Source: an uncultured Rickettsiales bacterium
GTDB taxonomy: Bacteria > Pseudomonadota > Alphaproteobacteria > Rickettsiales > RGZB01
Direction of reading: 5' to 3'
Length of the DNA stretch: 64,000 nt
Assembly: GCA_964467255.1 (NCBI GenBank)
Contig: CAYXPR010000007.1
Location: forward strand, 320 to 64,319
How positions within the stretch are numbered: position 1 is the stretch's first letter; every line of letters begins with the position of its first letter. Below, one piece after another: positions 61,584 to 64,000 of the stretch. A model generated the notes under the pieces. The model was not told where the DNA came from, searched no databases, and saw only the letters and a program-made list of their open reading frames with translations. The position numbers were made by a program, and so were the translations under genes.

Positions 61584-64000
61584 TTAATAAACAATCTGGC
61601 AGGACTCTTTTAGATCGACCACCATGCGGCAGAAATTCTCCGCATCGGGCTGTGGAATCGTGCGGGTACTAATGCGATACACGCCTGTTTCTTGTGTCTT
61701 CTCAATGACGAGATTGGACTTATTCAGCAGCACGCCATATTTACTGGCATAGAAGCGCTCTTTACTGGCCAGCGCATCACCATAATTCGTGAACCCGCCA
61801 AACACGGCGCGGGCACCACCGGATGGATTTGCCCTTAATGGCACATCAGGAACCGCTGTTGTGGCAGCTGGAGGTGTAACAACAGTAGGCGGGAGCGGAT
61901 TGGGAAGAACGGGTGCGTCATCACCCTCACCCATTGAAATCACCATATCGCCCGCTGCGGGCATGTTGGGCGAAGGTGTGGTGCCATCTTCCCGCAGGAA
62001 AATGTCGCGCGTGGCGAATGACTCACTGTTATTAGTAATATCTACCGCAACGGCATTTTCCTGAACAAGGCTCATCTTCTTTAAATCCGCGGCTGAAACA
62101 CGAAGACTATATTTTCCGGGTAGCACTTTTTCAAAAATAAAGAACCCATCAAACTCTGACGAAACCGATTTGACCACCTGCCCTTGAGCATCCACCAACT
62201 CAACCAGAACACTTGAGAGTGTGGATTCAAAATTCTGTCCATCCTGTACCGTGCGGGCATATACGGTGCCATCAATATCGCTTGTCATTGCCAATAAGAA
62301 ATCAACTTCGGTGATGCTGCCAGGGCGGCCGACAACGGAATAACCATCTTCATAAGGCATCCACAACGGGTCTGGCAGAGACGCTTTGTTTAATTCAACA
62401 GCGGTGGGTTGGTATGTCGGCACGCCCGTTACAAATGCCGTATCCCCTTTATCGAACATGTAAGTGCGCGACCCCACTTTATACGTGAGTGCTTCATCCA
62501 CCAGCGTGTCGGTTTTATCGATCTGCTTGTTCTGGTTATTATCCACAAATGTTCGGGCGCTAACCGCCCCGAGCGATGCAATATTTTTGCTACTCGTATA
62601 CAGAGTATTATCCATTGGGTCACGCGCCAGAGAAAACCCAAGGCGCGCAAAAACCTGCGTTTCCCCTTGGTCATCTACCTCACCTTCAAGACTCACTTTA
62701 TAATCTGTTAAATCCCAGATAAGGCTATTCCTGATGCGCGTGGAATTATCCTGAAAGCCTTTTTCAATGTCGATTTTATCAGTCAGCTTTTGAGTCAGGT
62801 TGCGCTGGAAAGAAACGCTGAAGCGTTCTAAATCCTGCACAGGGCGAATGGTATAATCTAACACCGTGCGGATAATCCACTGCCATGCGCTGCCCCTAAG
62901 CGAAAGGCTGCCAAAATAATTGTCCGTGCTGTCTTGAATGCTGGCCGCAATGCGGTTGCTGATACCAATGCCGCCTACTGCCGTGCTAAGGCGATTTTCC
63001 AGCGTTTGGCGTTCACCGGATTCCAATGACTCATTCTTCAGATTAAAGCTGATATTGGCGTAGGGAACAATAAACGCGGGCACAGATGTACCAACATCCA
63101 GCTCCGTAATGCTGCTGGGCAGCGGCGTAAGTCTATCGTTTTCTTCACTGGAAAATTCATCGGAATAGAAACGCTGTTCGAGCTTTAAGCTGATGTCATC
63201 AAAACCCGTAACCAAGGTTGTTTTTGTTCCCCATTCCCCCTCTTCATCGCCCGCCACATCCATGCTCACAATCGTGCCAAGCACCGAGGTGCGTAAGCCG
63301 GAAGAGGCCAAATTCCTTACACCGCCAATGAGTGGTGTGGAGGCAAAACCCAGAATGCCCGTGACGGAATCCGTAATACCATATTGTGCCTGCGCTACAT
63401 ATCGCATGTCTTCTGAGTGTCGAACGGGGTCGTCATCTGTTCCGAGGAATGACTTCGATTTTTCGTCGACCGAGATTGAATAGTTCACGATGCCTTTTTT
63501 CAGGAGCTCGTCGCCAATGTTATACTGGCGGACTTCTTCACGGATTTGACCCTGTGGCCCATAAAAAACAAGGCGAAAAATGTTATTCCCGTATAAGAGC
63601 GGAATATTTAGAAATTCATAACGGCCATCCGTTGCCACTTGTTGCAAATCCAGCAGCACATCGTTGCGGTACAGTTCTACGTCCCACGATACAGTGCTAT
63701 CCCCCACGATGTTAATGCGGTCAAACACCACGCCTTCACGCAGGGCCGCATTTGAAACCATCGCACCACGCCCCAAGCTGGTGGCAGCGATAAGCGGAAT
63801 AGAAACAGAATTGATATCGCCAAAATTAAAGTCTGTGGCATCCAGCGGCCCTAACAAACCACCATCGATATCCTTACGGCCCAAGTTTAACCTTGCGGAA
63901 TCGATGCTTTCATCGCTTGTGCCTGAAATGAACGCCTGCGTGCTGAGATAACCTAAGTCACCGCCACCTGCCATTGAATATTCACTGACAAAGTTGCTCT
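61584..64000 (-). CDS. Large usher-like beta-rich envelope protein with Pro-rich linker and C-terminal SPOR-like domain (5' end probably outside the window)
   Basis: The frame stays open upstream of ATG 63974 to the window edge. Plug-like segment DVELYRNDVLLDLQQVATDGRYEFLNIPLLYGNNIFRLVFYGPQGQ. CarboxypepD_reg-like DGFFIFEKVLPGKYSLRV. SPOR-like tail ARAVFGGFTNYGDALA...GVYRISTR. Confidence 0.5.
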   Translation of the reverse strand, partial: SNFVSEYSMAGGGDLGYLSTQAFISGTSDESIDSARLNLGRKDIDGGLLGPLDATDFNFGDINSVSIPLIAATSLGRGAMVSNAALREGVVFDRINIVGDSTVSWDVELYRNDVLLDLQQVATDGRYEFLNIPLLYGNNIFRLVFYGPQGQIREEVRQYNIGDELLKKGIVNYSISVDEKSKSFLGTDDDPVRHSEDMRYVAQAQYGITDSVTGILGFASTPLIGGVRNLASSGLRTSVLGTIVSMDVAGDEEGEWGTKTTLVTGFDDISLKLEQRFYSDEFSSEENDRLTPLPSSITELDVGTSVPAFIVPYANISFNLKNESLESGERQTLENRLSTAVGGIGISNRIAASIQDSTDNYFGSLSLRGSAWQWIIRTVLDYTIRPVQDLERFSVSFQRNLTQKLTDKIDIEKGFQDNSTRIRNSLIWDLTDYKVSLEGEVDDQGETQVFARLGFSLARDPMDNTLYTSSKNIASLGAVSARTFVDNNQNKQIDKTDTLVDEALTYKVGSRTYMFDKGDTAFVTGVPTYQPTAVELNKASLPDPLWMPYEDGYSVVGRPGSITEVDFLLAMTSDIDGTVYARTVQDGQNFESTLSSVLVELVDAQGQVVKSVSSEFDGFFIFEKVLPGKYSLRVSAADLKKMSLVQENAVAVDITNNSESFATRDIFLREDGTTPSPNMPAAGDMVISMGEGDDAPVLPNPLPPTVVTPPAATTAVPDVPLRANPSGGARAVFGGFTNYGDALASKERFYASKYGVLLNKSNLVIEKTQETGVYRISTRTIPQPDAENFCRMVVDLKESCQIVY

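Overview
This is a 64-kb chromosomal window from an alphaproteobacterium. Supporting blocks: ahcY-divL-tsaE, trpFBA-lapA-ihfB-sppA-rpsA-cmk-aroA, fliIJ next to ctrA, hdaA, purMN, pepA-holC divergent from lptFG, lptD-surA-rsmA, split leuC/leuD, and rpsP-rimM-trmD-rplS. GC is roughly 50% by eye. About 60 tightly packed protein genes are present. I saw no rRNA, tRNA, CRISPR array, transposase or integrase. Most of the window is housekeeping, with five accessory-looking inserts. (1) 6.2-12.6 kb holds a 1555-aa secreted protein with about 58 cysteines and a perfect (GGGS)x22 tether. It is divergent from an orphan, AT-richer virB8-like/virB9-like pair with no other type IV secretion genes nearby. 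(2) 27.1-31.1 kb holds a GT2 plus GT-C-like membrane glycosyltransferase pair fused upstream of folC, then an HExxH (MtfA/M90-like) protein behind a perfect CtrA-type box. (3) 57.24-57.65 kb holds two AT-rich small membrane proteins coupled to the glmU stop. (4) 60.39-61.05 kb holds a compositionally alien cassette. Its 99-codon ORF has G/C at 91 of 99 third positions, sits behind a leader carrying five GGACA repeats and palindromes, and has its own terminator. (5) 61.05-64.0 kb holds a DUF3617-like secreted protein and a large usher-like protein ending in a SPOR-like domain. Items (1) and (4) are my best candidates for undescribed biology. All family calls rest on motif recognition by eye, because no database search was possible.
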